A stretch of DNA of 64,000 nt from Octopus vulgaris (taxonomy: Eukaryota): positions 40,672,001 through 40,736,000 of the forward strand of contig OX597828.1 in assembly GCA_951406725.2 (NCBI GenBank). The letters are read 5' to 3'. Below, one piece after another: positions 1-12,300 of this stretch; position 1 is the first letter of the stretch, and each line of letters opens with the position of its first letter. The position numbers and the translations under genes were made by a program. The notes beneath the pieces were generated by a model. The model was not told the DNA's origin, searched no databases, and saw only the letters and a program-made list of their open reading frames with translations.

Positions 1-983
1 TATACGTGTGTGTGTCTTTTCTCCTCACCCGCTTGACAACCGATGTTGGTTTGTCTACTGCAAGAACAAACTGATAGAACAAGTACCGAACTTCAAAGAC
101 AAAGTGGAATCGATTTGTTTGACTAAAATCTTCAAAGCGGTGCCCAGCATAGTTGCAATAAAGTCTAGGATATGTATATTCAATCATTTTTCAAATTAAA
201 AAAAAGGGTAATATATATATATAACAAGATCGCCCAAGGCGGCAAGGCTAGTATTCAGTTTAAGAGATGAGGAATTATGTACATTATTTACATTTGACAA
301 ATATCCGTCAAATGTAAATAAGGCTAGTATTGTTTGGCTCCGTGCCGTAGTGACTATCAAACACATTCTACAAGTATACGAAGTTTGAAAGTGTTTAGTT
401 ACAAACAATTATTTTTTAAATCTGTCGGTCAAAAGGTAAAGACCCTCAAACTGTTCAATAAGTAACGGAACAATGAATCCTGATAGTGACTTCTCAAAAA
501 AAAGTGAATAAAGCCTGTGAATCAAACTATATATGTTATGTATAATTACGTGTGAAGGGGCATGATCTAGTGGTTAAGGTTTCGCGATCACAAGATGGCA
601 GTTCAATTCCGTGCGCGTTGTAAGCAAATCATTTGTGCAGGCTGTTCACCAAAAAACTGACTACCAGAAATTCGCTTCACAACTAGTCTCTAGGTTCGAT
701 CTAGCTGCGTGACATTTTGCGCGAATATTATTTTCTATGGCCTCGAGTTGACCCATACCATGAATGTGAAAAAGGGGATACGAAAATTATAGAAAAGCCC
801 ATTAGGTACAAAACTGATTCTTTCAGAAAATTACGTGTCTGTAGATTACTCAGCTACTTACACGTTAATCTAGGAGCAAGGAATTCGATTACGAACGAAA
901 TCTTCAAGTCGAACGACAGGATCCACCATTCAATTACAGCCTTCGGTTTAGTTTTGAACATCAGATTTAGAATACTCTTTAAT

Positions 984-1379
984 CTTTTACTTGTTTCAGT
1001 CATTTGACTGCGGCCATGCTGGAGCGCCGCCTTTAGTCGAGCAAATCGACCCCGGGACTTATTCTTTGTAAGCCCAGTACTTATTCTATCGGTCTCTTTT
1101 GCCGAACCGCTAAGTGACGGGGACGTAAACACACCAGCATCCGTTGTCAAGCAATGCTTGGGGGACAAGCACAGACACACAAACATATACACACTCATAT
1201 ATATATACATATATACGACAGGCTTCTTTCAGTTTCCGTCTACCAAATCCACTCACAAGGCATTGGTCGGCCCGGGGCTATAGCAGAAGACACTTGCCCA
1301 AGATGCCACGCAGTGGGACTGAACCCGGAACTATGTGGTTGGTAAGCAGGCGAATTACCACATAGCCACTCCTGCGCCT
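984..1379 (-). mobile_element. tRNA-derived SINE, family A, full length
   Basis: Reverse complement starts AGGCGCAGGAGTGGCTATGTGG (A box) ... GGTTCAGTCCC (B box), followed by CORE-like CTTGGGCAAGT, an internal (TA/CA)n tract and the 3' end TGACTGAAACAAGTAAAAG. Near-identical copies occur elsewhere in the window. Confidence 0.9.
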
Positions 1380-3788
1380 ATCTACATTTTTTTTTATTTG
1401 AATTTTTTTGTTTGTTTTAATCTGATACAAATTAGGATTAAAGGATTTACAATGCAATGCTGTTCTTTTTTTTTAAAAAAAAGACAATTCGTTTGCATTT
1501 ATAGTGAATAAATATATGTATATTGTTTACGTTGGGAAGCATTAGTTTCACTTTCCAAAAACATTTTGGGTTTTACAGATGAAAATGTAATTATACATGT
1601 AATTAAAATATATTTAAACACTTCAAACGCAACCGTAATATATTTATATATGATAAAAGAAAAAAATCTGCAGCTGTAAATCTACTAATCCTGATAAGTT
1701 TTTATTTAAAATAAATACTACTTGTAATTTTTTAAATTAAAAATCACAAAGAAAAAGCATAGTAAATAGAGATGTTTTAAAAATAACTCAAGTGGAAAGG
1801 GCCTAACCCCCTAAACGTTTGGTGACAACCATTTCTTTTCACTTTTTTCCCCCTCAGACTTAAGCTTCCATTTCGTTATGATGATAGGACGTGATTATTT
1901 CTTGCAGACCGAGTGACCATTAGTGGCTCCTTCAGTGTTCGTAATCGGATGATAGTTGAAAGGCGATTGCACTGATATTATTGCTTTCAAATTGTTGTTT
2001 AACTCCAAAATAACTATAATTGAACTGACCTCTGATCACACATGGTCGGACTTTCGGAATTACTACTCATAACTGACAGGCCCCTCATTGGCGCGTAGTT
2101 CAATAAAAATCGTTAACAACAAGTATTCCCTACTATCAGAGAAAAATGTAACTGTTGCATTTTTTAATGATGAAGAATATTGCAACTTAATGCCTATTTA
2201 TAATTGCGTTAGACTGCCCTTACATTGGTGCAGTACTTAAACGTGTTTCCATTTTAACAAAAGGCTCCAGTTTGAAAAAAGTAAGCTCAAACCGAAAATG
2301 ACACGTAATAATGAACTAGAGAAAATGTTTTGTTTGCTTAAGACTCCGAGAAAAAAATTTACAACAAATTCCAGTATAATCGGAATCTATACCAATTGAA
2401 TAGTATTTGTAGAAAATTTTATTAAAAGAATTCATTTTTCTTAAAGCTTTTTTTTTTTTGTGGAGTTAATTGAGAACTGGACAGTTCAGGAAGAAGAGTA
2501 AAAGAGCAGGTCTGAGAAAATTAGCAATAGGCTGCGGTTATGAACAGAACACTCCACCTTGATCTACTTCACCATAAAAAGTTGATTTCATCGAAGAATC
2601 CCAGCTCAAAACGTTAGAGTTCACCTTTCCATGCGGCACACAAATTTATCTTTTCCAGAACAAAAAAAAAAGGGACCGTTTTCTCAGTTGATCGACCTGC
2701 TAGAAATCGCAGCTAAGTCATCCCCAATCCACAACCTACCTTCTTTAAGAGATCCAATGGTATAGTCACAGCTTATAGTATTCATAAAAGTTAGTGAATT
2801 GCGTTGTTGAATCGCTTAAGATTGTTCCGGTATTTTCTGTTTTGCATTTTTATACTTCAAAACCCAAATCTTATTCTAAAAGATAACTAATTTGTTCATA
2901 TTGAAGGAGTCCAGTACTTGGGTAAAGTAAAGGTAGAGATGCTCAAGTCACTGCAATTCTTGGGGCGAGGAATATTTCATTTGTTCATTTTTCATGATTA
3001 CTCAAGTGGGAAGTAGCTGTTCACCGAAATGAATCTCACACCCGGATACACTTCGGCAAACAACGCCCAACTCTAGTGGGCTATAATGTCCTAGAACAAC
3101 TTAAAAATACTACTCCAGGTGATGCTGTTAAGTTAGACATGACCTTGGCCAATAAAAGCCACAAAACCTAGATTGATAAGTGGTTGGTATAGCGCTCAGT
3201 CCTTTTCAGGGCCTCCGAAGTTAGTCAGAGGAAGGGATGATGTCAAGGCCATCTTAGTTGCAGAGTAGGCCAACGGGCAAATCAATGCACTGGCTCCTAT
3301 GGTATCTATTTACTAAACAAACCACAGCATACGTAGATTAGACCCGTTGGGCCCCAGGGAGATGGGTCTGAGAACTGGTTTATGTTATCCTCAAACTGGA
3401 TGTCTTACTCGAATGTTTGCAACAAAAAAGACCTCTTGATGTACCCAAGGAACAAAAAAAGTCTTAATAAATTGAAATTGTTGCGTCAGCAAGAGACAAT
3501 GCAGTAAAAACAAAAAGAATGAGGAAGCTTCAGTTTCTATTTTTAATTTAATTTAAATATACTGTTTTTCAACTGCACCCAAGTGCTATTAGCCACTTGC
3601 TATTAACCACATTTTGTATTGCGCTTCCACTTGTAAGACTACACTGCTCCAGTGGCCGTTATATATATGTTACGACTGCTGTTGGCTCTTTCTCTTTTAC
3701 TGCCGCCTTTATTCAACTGTCATTCTCAACCCTCGTTATCTACAGAATGTCAGAGAAGTGGGGTTTGTGAGGAGAGGGGTCTCCTCTT

Positions 3789-3791
<3 letters not shown>

Positions 3792-3838
<47 letters not shown>
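3792..3838. repeat. (CT)n microsatellite, representative of many (CA)n/(TA)n/(GA)n tracts (e.g. 25301-25402, 31157-31264, 35347-35384, 38564-38603, 45596-45633, 47090-47144)
   Basis: Read directly from the sequence. Confidence 0.95.
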
Positions 3839-3843
<5 letters not shown>

Positions 3844-4384
3844 AAAGTTAGCCGTTATTTGCAATCGTTAAATATCAACAAATTTCATGCTAAGGTAAAT
3901 TGTTTAGATTCAGTTCTGTGTCCTGAATGAGTAAACATATGATCAGAGAGAGGCATTTTAACCGTGACCATCCCCCACCTTTTTTTTATATCTAGTATTA
4001 CAGTATCCAACGGTAGGATATGATTTAGGAGCGATTTGACTACTACTTTTAGCAGATTGAGTGGCATGGGTAACCTTTTTCTAATATCAGACTTTATGAG
4101 CGATATCGCCCATCATACAATTAAAAAACATAATTTAACAAACATCATATATCCGACTGGCTCAGTGGTTCTCGTACTGACAAACACCAGTTTCCTGACG
4201 TATCATTGTTTTGCACCGCCAACCGTTCTTTATTTATTAACAAGATAAAACAATGTTTGCATCCATTATGAACACAATGGGCGTTTGCAGGGTAGGTGAG
4301 GTTAACAGGTTTATGGGGCCTAATTTTGATCTATATATTCTGTAACTTGCTATCAATAAATAAATTCTATGAAGCCAGTGCAAT

Positions 4385-4672
4385 GATTTCCCCTGAGACG
4401 GCTTTGTTGGACAAGTTTAAACGGTTTAAAAACCATCTTATATTTATTAAAGATGACGATAATGGTGGTGGTGGTTGCAATCTGCTCACCCACTTTTCAA
4501 TTCTCAGAACCTCACAACAAAAGGGGTCAGGCTCTCTTGTATAAGAAACACTGCACTGTGCAATTCTTTGTCTTTTTTTTAGTGAAATTTGGCTACTATT
4601 TCTAGCCTCTGGAAAATTTATTACTGTAAAATGTTTTTTTTTCGTCAACACACAAGGTATAGTCTATAAATT
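4385..4672 (+). repeat. Left copy of ~290-bp direct repeat flanking satellite island 1 (right copy 7548-7844)
   Basis: gatttcccctgagacgg...agtctataaatt is present on both sides of the island, with about 8 differences including (GGT)4 vs (GGT)7. Confidence 0.95.
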
Positions 4673-7547
4673 CTATGGGCATCCTCTTTGATCTCTGTCG
4701 GCACCTTCTTTGATCTCTATGGGCATCCTCGTCGATCTTTGTCAGCACCCACTTTGATCTACGTCGTCATCCTCTTTGATCTCTGTCGGCACCCTCTGTG
4801 ATCTCTGTCGACACTCTCTTGGATCTCTGTCGACACCCTCTTTGATCTCTATGGACATCCTCTTTGATCTCTGTCGGCACCCTCTTTGATCTCTGTCGGC
4901 ACACTCTTTGATCCATGTCGACACCCTCTTTGATCTCTGTCGGCACCCTCTTTGATCTCTGTCGGCACCCTCTCTGATCTATGTCAGTACCCTCTTTGAT
5001 CTATGTCGGTACACTCTTTGATCTATGTCGGCTAAATCTTTGATCTGTGTCAACACTCCTCTTTGATCTCTGTCGACACCCTCTTTGATCTATGTCGGCA
5101 CCCTCTTTGATCTCTGTCGGCACCCTCTTTGATCTCTGTCGACACCCTCTTTGATCTCTGTCGGCTACCTCGGTGATCTATGTCGGCACATTCTTTGATC
5201 TCTGTCAGCACCCTCTTTGATCTCTATGGACATCCTCTTTGATCTCTGTCGGCACCCTTTTTGATCTCTATAGGCATCCTCGTTGATCTATGTCGGCACC
5301 CTCTTTGATCTCTATGGGCATCCTCTTTGATCTCTGTCGGCACCCTCTTTGATCTATATCGACACCCTCTTTGATCTCTGTCGGCACCCTCTTTGATCTC
5401 TGTCGGCACCCTCTTTGATATATGTCGGTACCCTCTTTGATCTTTGTCTGCACCCTCTTTGATCTATGTCGGCATCCTCTTTGATCTATGTCGGCATCCT
5501 CTTTGATCTTGTTCGGTACCCTCTTTGATATGTCGGCACTCCTCTTTGATCTCTTCGGCAACCTCTTTGGAATGTCAGGAATGTCAAGAATGTCTGGAAT
5601 GTCAAAAATTGGAATATCAGGAATGTATGGAAAGTCAGAATGTCTGGAATGTCAGGAATGTCAGGAATATCTGGAATGTCATGAATGTATGGAATGTAGG
5701 AATGTTTAGAATGTCAGGGATGTGAAGTATGTCTGGAATGTCGGGAATGTATGGAATGTCAGGAATGTCTATAATGTCTGGAATGTCAGGAATGTCAGAA
5801 TCTCAGGAAAGCATGGAATGTCTGGAACGACTGGAATGTCAGGAATGTCTTGATTTCGTGGAATTTCATAAATGTATGGAATGTCAGAATGTCAGGAATG
5901 TCTGGAATATTTTTCGGCACAATCTTTGATCTCAGTCGGCACCCTCTTTGATCTCTATGGACATCCTCTTTGATCTATGTCGGCACCCTCTTTGATCTAT
6001 GTCGGCATCCTCTTTCATCTCTATCGACTCCCTCTTTGATGTCTGTCGGCACACTCTTTGATGTCTGTCGGCACCCCCTTTGATCTGTGTCAACACCCTC
6101 TTTGATCTCTGTCGACACCCTCTTTGATCTCTGTCGGCACCCTTTTTGATCTCTTAGGCACCCTCCTTGGAATGTCAGGAATGTAAAGAATGTCTGGAAT
6201 GTCAAAATTGGAATGTCTGGAGTGTCAGGAATGTATGAAAAGTCAGGAATGTCTGGAATGTACGGAATGCCCTGAATATCAGGAATGTGAATAATGTCTG
6301 GAATATCAGGAATGTCGGGAATGTATGGAATGTCAGGAATGTCTAAAATGTCTGGAATGTAAGAAAATGGAATGTCAGGAATGTCATTAATGTCTGGAAT
6401 GTCAGGAATATCTGGAATGTCAGGAATGCCTGGAATGTCTCAAATGTCAGCAATTTCTGTAATATCAGGAATGCCTGGAATGCCTGGAATGACCGGAATG
6501 TCAGGAATATCTGGAATGTCAGGAATGGTTGGAATGTCAGGAATGTCTGGAATGTCTGGAATGTCAGGAAAGTCAGGAATGTCAGAATGTCTGGAATGCC
6601 TTGAATGTCTGGAACGACTGGAATGTCAGGAATGTCTGGAATGTCTTGAATTTCATAAATGTATGGAATGTCAGGAATGTCTGGAATATCTGTCGGCACC
6701 ATCTTTGATGTCTTTCGGCACCGTCTTTGATCTGTGTTTGCACGGTTTTTTATATCTGTCGCCACGATCTTTGATCTCAGTCGACATGCTCTTTGATCTC
6801 TGTCGGCACCATCTTTGATCTCTATCGGCACCCTCTTTAATCTATGTGGGCACCCTCTTTGATCTATGTCGGCACGCTCTTTGATCCCTGTCGACACCAT
6901 CTATAATCTCTGTCGGCACCGTCTTTGCTCTCTGTCGGCATCCTCTTTGATCTCTGTCGGCACCTTCTTTGATATATGTCGGTACCCTCTTTGATCTCTG
7001 TCGACACCCTCTTTGATCTCTGTCGGCACCCTCTTTCATCTCTATGGACATTCCCTTTGATCTCTGTCGGCACACTTTTTGATCTCTATGCGCCTTTTCT
7101 TTGATCTCTGTCGGCACCCTCTTTGATCTCTGTCGGCATCCTCTTTGATCTCTGTCGGCACCCTCTTTGATCTCTGTCGGCACCCTCTTTGATCTGTGTA
7201 AACACTCCTCTTTGCACTCTGTCGGCACCCTCTTTGATCTCTGTCGGCACCCTCTTTGATCTCTGTCGGCACCCTATTTGATCTCTGTCGACACCCCTCT
7301 TTAATCACTGTCGGCACCCTCTTTGATCTCTGTCGGCACCCTATTTGATCTATGTCGGAACCTTCTTTGATATATGTCGGTACCCTCTTTGATCTCTGTC
7401 GACACCCTCTTTGATCTATGTCGGTACCCTCTTTGATCTCTGTCGGCACCCTCTTTGATCTCTCTCGGCACCATCATTGGTCTATGGAACCGGTTTGTCA
7501 GCACCGTCTTTGATCTTCGTCGGCATACTCTTTGATCTCTGTCGGCA
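4673..7547. repeat. Composite satellite island 1: 22-bp monomer (TTTGATCTCTGTCGGCACCCTC) with two blocks of 9-bp monomer (GGAATGTCW) at ~5569-5909 and ~6169-6688
   Basis: Tandem periodicity read directly from the sequence. Confidence 0.97.
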
Positions 7548-7844
7548 GATTTCCCCTGAGACGGCCTTTGTTGGACAAGTTTAAACGGTTTAAAAACCAT
7601 CTTATATTTATTAAAGATGAAGATAATGGTGGTGGTGGTGGTGGTGGTTGCAATCTGCTCACCCACTTTTCAATTCTCAGAACCTCACAACAAAAGGCGT
7701 CAGGCTCTCTTGTATAAGAAACACTGCACTGTGCAATTCTTTGTCTTTTTTTAGTGAAATTTGGCTACTATTTCTAGCCTCTCGAAAATTTATTCTTGTA
7801 AAATGTTTTTTTTTCGTATACACACAAGGTATAGTCTATAAATT
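7548..7844 (+). repeat. Right copy of ~290-bp direct repeat flanking satellite island 1
   Basis: Aligned by eye to 4385-4672. Confidence 0.95.
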
Positions 7845-8676
7845 TAGGATGCTTTTGAAATATACTATATTTTATACATCAGAATATATATACTTTCTCA
7901 CACAACAATTAAGAAATATTTATTTTAAATCGTTCATCTTCCCCGCCCACACACAAAAATTAGTTTGGGCGCGATTTTTTTTCCTTCGTGAAAATCGTGC
8001 GGGTGAAAAGATAAATGGGGGTGAGGGTGAAATTTCCGTGGCTTCCACCTCACTCCACTCCATTTTCGGACCTCAAAAAGGGTTTTGTAGCATATTAAGA
8101 GGTCACAGGAATTCATTCAACGAAAAAAAAAATTTTTTGCAATGATTCCTGGATGGGAGGGTCCCCTCCTCTTCCGAACCAAACTAGGGGATTTGTAGCA
8201 TATTAGGAGGTCAGAGTACTTGATTCCACGCAAAAAATCCGAGTTTTTGTTTTCTTTTTTTCTTATTGAAAATCGTGCGGGTGTTAATATAAAAATTTTC
8301 CCAAATGGCCATAGAGAACAGGGATGTATTAAGAATAATAATTCTTTCTGCTATAGGCACAAAGCTAGTGATTTGGGGGAGGGAAGAATTTAGTCGATGT
8401 TATTGATCTCCAGAAGTTGACTGGATCGTTATTTTATCTACCCCTGGGACATAAAAGGCAATGTCAACTTTGCTGGAGTTTGAACTCAGAACGTCAAACC
8501 GGAAGAAAATAATAATGGTTTCTAGTTTAAGCACATGGTCAACAATTTTGTGGGGAAGGATTTAGTCGAGACGATCGACCCACAGTACTTGACTGGTACT
8601 TCATTTTATTTACCTCTGAGGGACGAAAAGTAGAGTGTTCTGTTGGACTTCCTGAATGACAAGCCAAACGAAAAAT

Positions 8677-9391
8677 TATCTAGAATATTTTAAGTAATGC
8701 GGCCTACCTAATTACGAGCCATGCCTTGTGCAACCCGCTTCTCGGAAAAGGTTGCTCAGGTCTGCTTTAGAAAGATCTTGCCTGGCGCTCTAATAATTTC
8801 TTATACTATCAAAGACGTTGATTGATGCTTGTTGTTTAACCTCCAGTCAGCTCCGATCAAGCAAATATGACATTAGATATAGTTCAGTCACGATCACTTT
8901 ACCTGCATGTATTTCTCAGACTTCCTATACAGTGTTCTTCATTTTGTAAGATCAGGGATATCTTAGCTGCCATTTCTAGCAGATCTGGCAAAAGACACCA
9001 TAGCTCACACAATGGTTTGTCTTGTTAGTTTTATTAATTTTAAATGCATTTCTGAAATTGTATTCCACTCAAAGAATCCAGGCATAGTATATCTGGGAAA
9101 GGGATCTTTTCGGTTTGAACGATCCTGGGAAAGCATTGTACTATATGTCCTTCTCTTTTTTCTTTAAAGATGAGAGAGCGTAATGTGAAGGAAATTTGGC
9201 TGATATTTCTAGCGAGCTGAGCGACTAAATAAGAGGCTTCCATGTTCTCTCAAATTAATTGAGGTTTATAACGGAGGGGAAAATGATATATGACATCCGT
9301 GTTTTTCTCGAAGCCAATGTAGCACAAACTGGTCTTGACAGAACTTAGCTTAATAAAAGTCGCTCTGTTGGGGGCCTCTAGGTGATCGTTG
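8677..9391 (+). repeat. Left copy of ~710-bp direct repeat flanking satellite island 2 (right copy 23982-24691)
   Basis: tatctagaatattttaagtaatgcggcct...ctaggtgatcgttg is present on both sides, with roughly 15-20 scattered differences. Confidence 0.95.
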
Positions 9392-12300
9392 GACCCTCTT
9401 TGATCTATGTCGGCACCCTCTTTGATCTATGTCGGCACCCTCTTTGATCTATGTCGGCAAACACTTTGATCTCTGTTGTCACCCTCTTTGAACACTGTCG
9501 GCACCCTCTTTGATCTCTGGAAATTTGGTCCAAGGATTTTCTAACTTCTTGAAAATTTGGTCGAAAAAATTCATGGGAAGTTCCGAGGATTCTCTAACTA
9601 CCTGGAAATTTGGTCGAAAACTTCATGGTAAGTTCCGAGGATTTTCTAACTTCCTGGAAATTTAGTCGAAAACTTCATGGATAGTTCCGAAGATTTTCTA
9701 ACTTCCTGGAAAATTGGTCGAAATTTTCATGGGAAGTTCCGAGGATTTTTCTAACTTCCTTGAAATTTGGTCGAAAACTTCATAGGAAATTCCGCGGATT
9801 TTTCTAACTTCCTGGAAATTTGGTCGAAAACTTAATTGGAAGTTTCGAGGATTTTCTAACTTACTGGAAATTTGGAAGAAAACTTCATGGTAAGTTCCGA
9901 GGATTTTCTAACTTGCTGGAAATTTGGTCGAAAACTTCATGGATAGTTCCGAAGATTTTCTAACTTCCTGGAAAATTGGTCGAAAATTTCAAGGGAAGTT
10001 CCGCGGATTTGTTTTTTAACTTCCTCAAAATTTGGTGGAAAACGTCATGGGAAATTCCAAGGATTTTCTAACTTCTTGGAAATTTGGTCGAAAAATTCAT
10101 GGGAAATTCCGAGGATTTTTCTCTTCTGAAAATTTGGTCGAAAACTAGGAAGTTTCGAGGATTTTCTAACTTCCTGGAAATTTGGTCGAAAACTCATGGG
10201 AAGTTCCGAGGATTTTCTAACTTCCTGGAAATCGAAAACTTCATGGATATTCCGAAGATTTTCTAACTTCTGGAAAATTCGTCGGGAATTTCCGAGGATT
10301 TTCTAACTTCCTGAAATTTGGTCGAAAACTTCATGGAAGTTCCGAGGATTTTCTAACTTCCTGAAATTTGGTCGAAAACTTCATGGATAGTTCCGAAGAT
10401 TTTCTAACTTCCTGGAAAATTGGTGAAATTTTCATGGGAAGTTCCGAGGATTTTCTAACTTCCTGAAATTTGGTCGAAAACTTCATGGGAAGTTCCGAGA
10501 TTTTCTAACTTCCTGGAAAATTTGGTCGAAAACTTCATGGGAAGTTCCGAGGATGTTCTAACTTCCTGGAAATTTGGTCGAAAACTTAATGGATAGTTCC
10601 GAAGATTTTCTAACTTCCTGGAAAATTGGTAGAAATTTTCATGGGAAGTTCCGAGGATTTTCTAACTTCCTTGAAATTTGGTCGAAAACTTCATGGGAAT
10701 CCGAAGATTTTCTAACTTCCTGGACATTTGGTCGAAAACTTCATGGGTAGTTCCGAAGATTTTCTAACTTCCTGGAAAATTGGTAGAAATTTTCATGGGA
10801 AGTTGGAACTTCCTGGAACTTTGGTCGAAAACTTAATAGGAAGTTTCGAGGATTTTCTAACTTCCTGGAAATTTGGAAGAAAACTTCATGGTAAGTTCCG
10901 AGGATTTTCTAACTTCCTGGAAATTTGGTCGAAAACTTCATGGATAGTTCCGAAGATTTTCTAACTTCCTGGAAAATTGGTCGAAAATTTCAAGGGAAGT
11001 TCCGGGGATTTTCTAACTTCCTCAAAATTTGGTCGAAAACGTCATGGGAAATTCCGAGGATTTTCTAACTTCTTGGAAATTTGGTCGAAAAATTCATGGG
11101 AAGTTCCGAGGATTCTCTAACTACCAGGAAATTTAGTCGAAAATCTCATGGGAAATTTCCGAGGATTTTCTAACTTCCTGGAAATTTGGTCGAAAACTTC
11201 ATGGGAAGTTCCGAGGATTTTTCTAACTTCCTGAAAATTTGGTCGAAAATTTCAGGAAGTTCCGGATTTTCTAACTTCCTAAAATTGGTGAAAAGTCATG
11301 GGAAATTCCGAGGATTTTCTAACTTCTGGAAATTTGGTCCTGAAAATTTGGTCGAAAACTTCATGGGAAGTTCCGAGGATTTTCTAACTTCCTAGAAATT
11401 TGGTCGAAAACTTCATGGATAGTTCCGAAGATTTTCTAACTTCCTGGAAAATTGGTAGAAATTTTCATGGGAAGTTCCGAGGATTTTCTAACTTCCTTGA
11501 AATTTGGTCGAAAACTTCATGGGAAGTTCCGAAGATTTTCTAACTTCCTGGAAATTTGGTCGAAAACTTCATGGGTAGTTCCTAAGATTTTCTAACTTCC
11601 TGGAAAATTGGTAGAAATTTTCATGGGAAGTTCCGAGGATTTTCTAACTTCCTGGAACTTTGGTCGAAAACTTAATAGGAAGTTTCGAGGATTTTCTAAC
11701 TTCCTGGAAATTTGGAAGAAAACTTCATGGGAAGTTCCGAGGATTTTCTAACTTCCTGGAAATTTGGTCGAAAACTTCATGGATAGTTCCGAAGATTTTC
11801 TAACTTCCTGGAAAATTGGTCGAAAATTTCAAGGGAAGTTCCGGGGATTTTCTAACTTCCTCAAAATTTGGTGGAAAACGTCATGGGAAATTCCGAGGAT
11901 TTTCTAACTTCTTGGAAATTTGGTCGAAAAATTCATGGGAAGTTCCGAGGATTCTCTAACTTCCTGGAAATTTGGTCGAAAACTTCATGGGAAGTTCCGA
12001 GGATTTTCTAACTTCCTGTAAATTTGGTCGAAAACTTCATTTGGTCGAAAACTTCATGGGTAGTTCCGAATATTTTCTAACTTCCTGGAAAATTGGTAGA
12101 AATTTTCATGGGAAGTTCCGAGGATTTTTCTATCTTCCTTGAAATTTGGTCGAAAACTTCATGGGAAGTTCCGAGGATTGTCTAAATTTGGTCGAAGACT
12201 TCTTTGATCTCTGCCGTTCCTTCTCTTTAATGTATGTCGGCATCCTCTTTGATCTATGTCGGCACCACCTTTGATCTCTGTCGGCACCCTCTTTGATCTC

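Noticed and set aside
1144-1365. Recurrent ORF ...RQASFSFRLPNPLTRHWSARGYSRRHLPK... (also at 33307 and 60439)
   Set aside because: It is the antisense translation of the family A SINE, not a gene family.
5569-6688. Telomeric repeat or human satellite II/III contamination (GGAAT)
   Set aside because: The period is 9 bp (GGAATGTCW), not 5 bp or TTAGGG, and it is interleaved with the local 22-mer.
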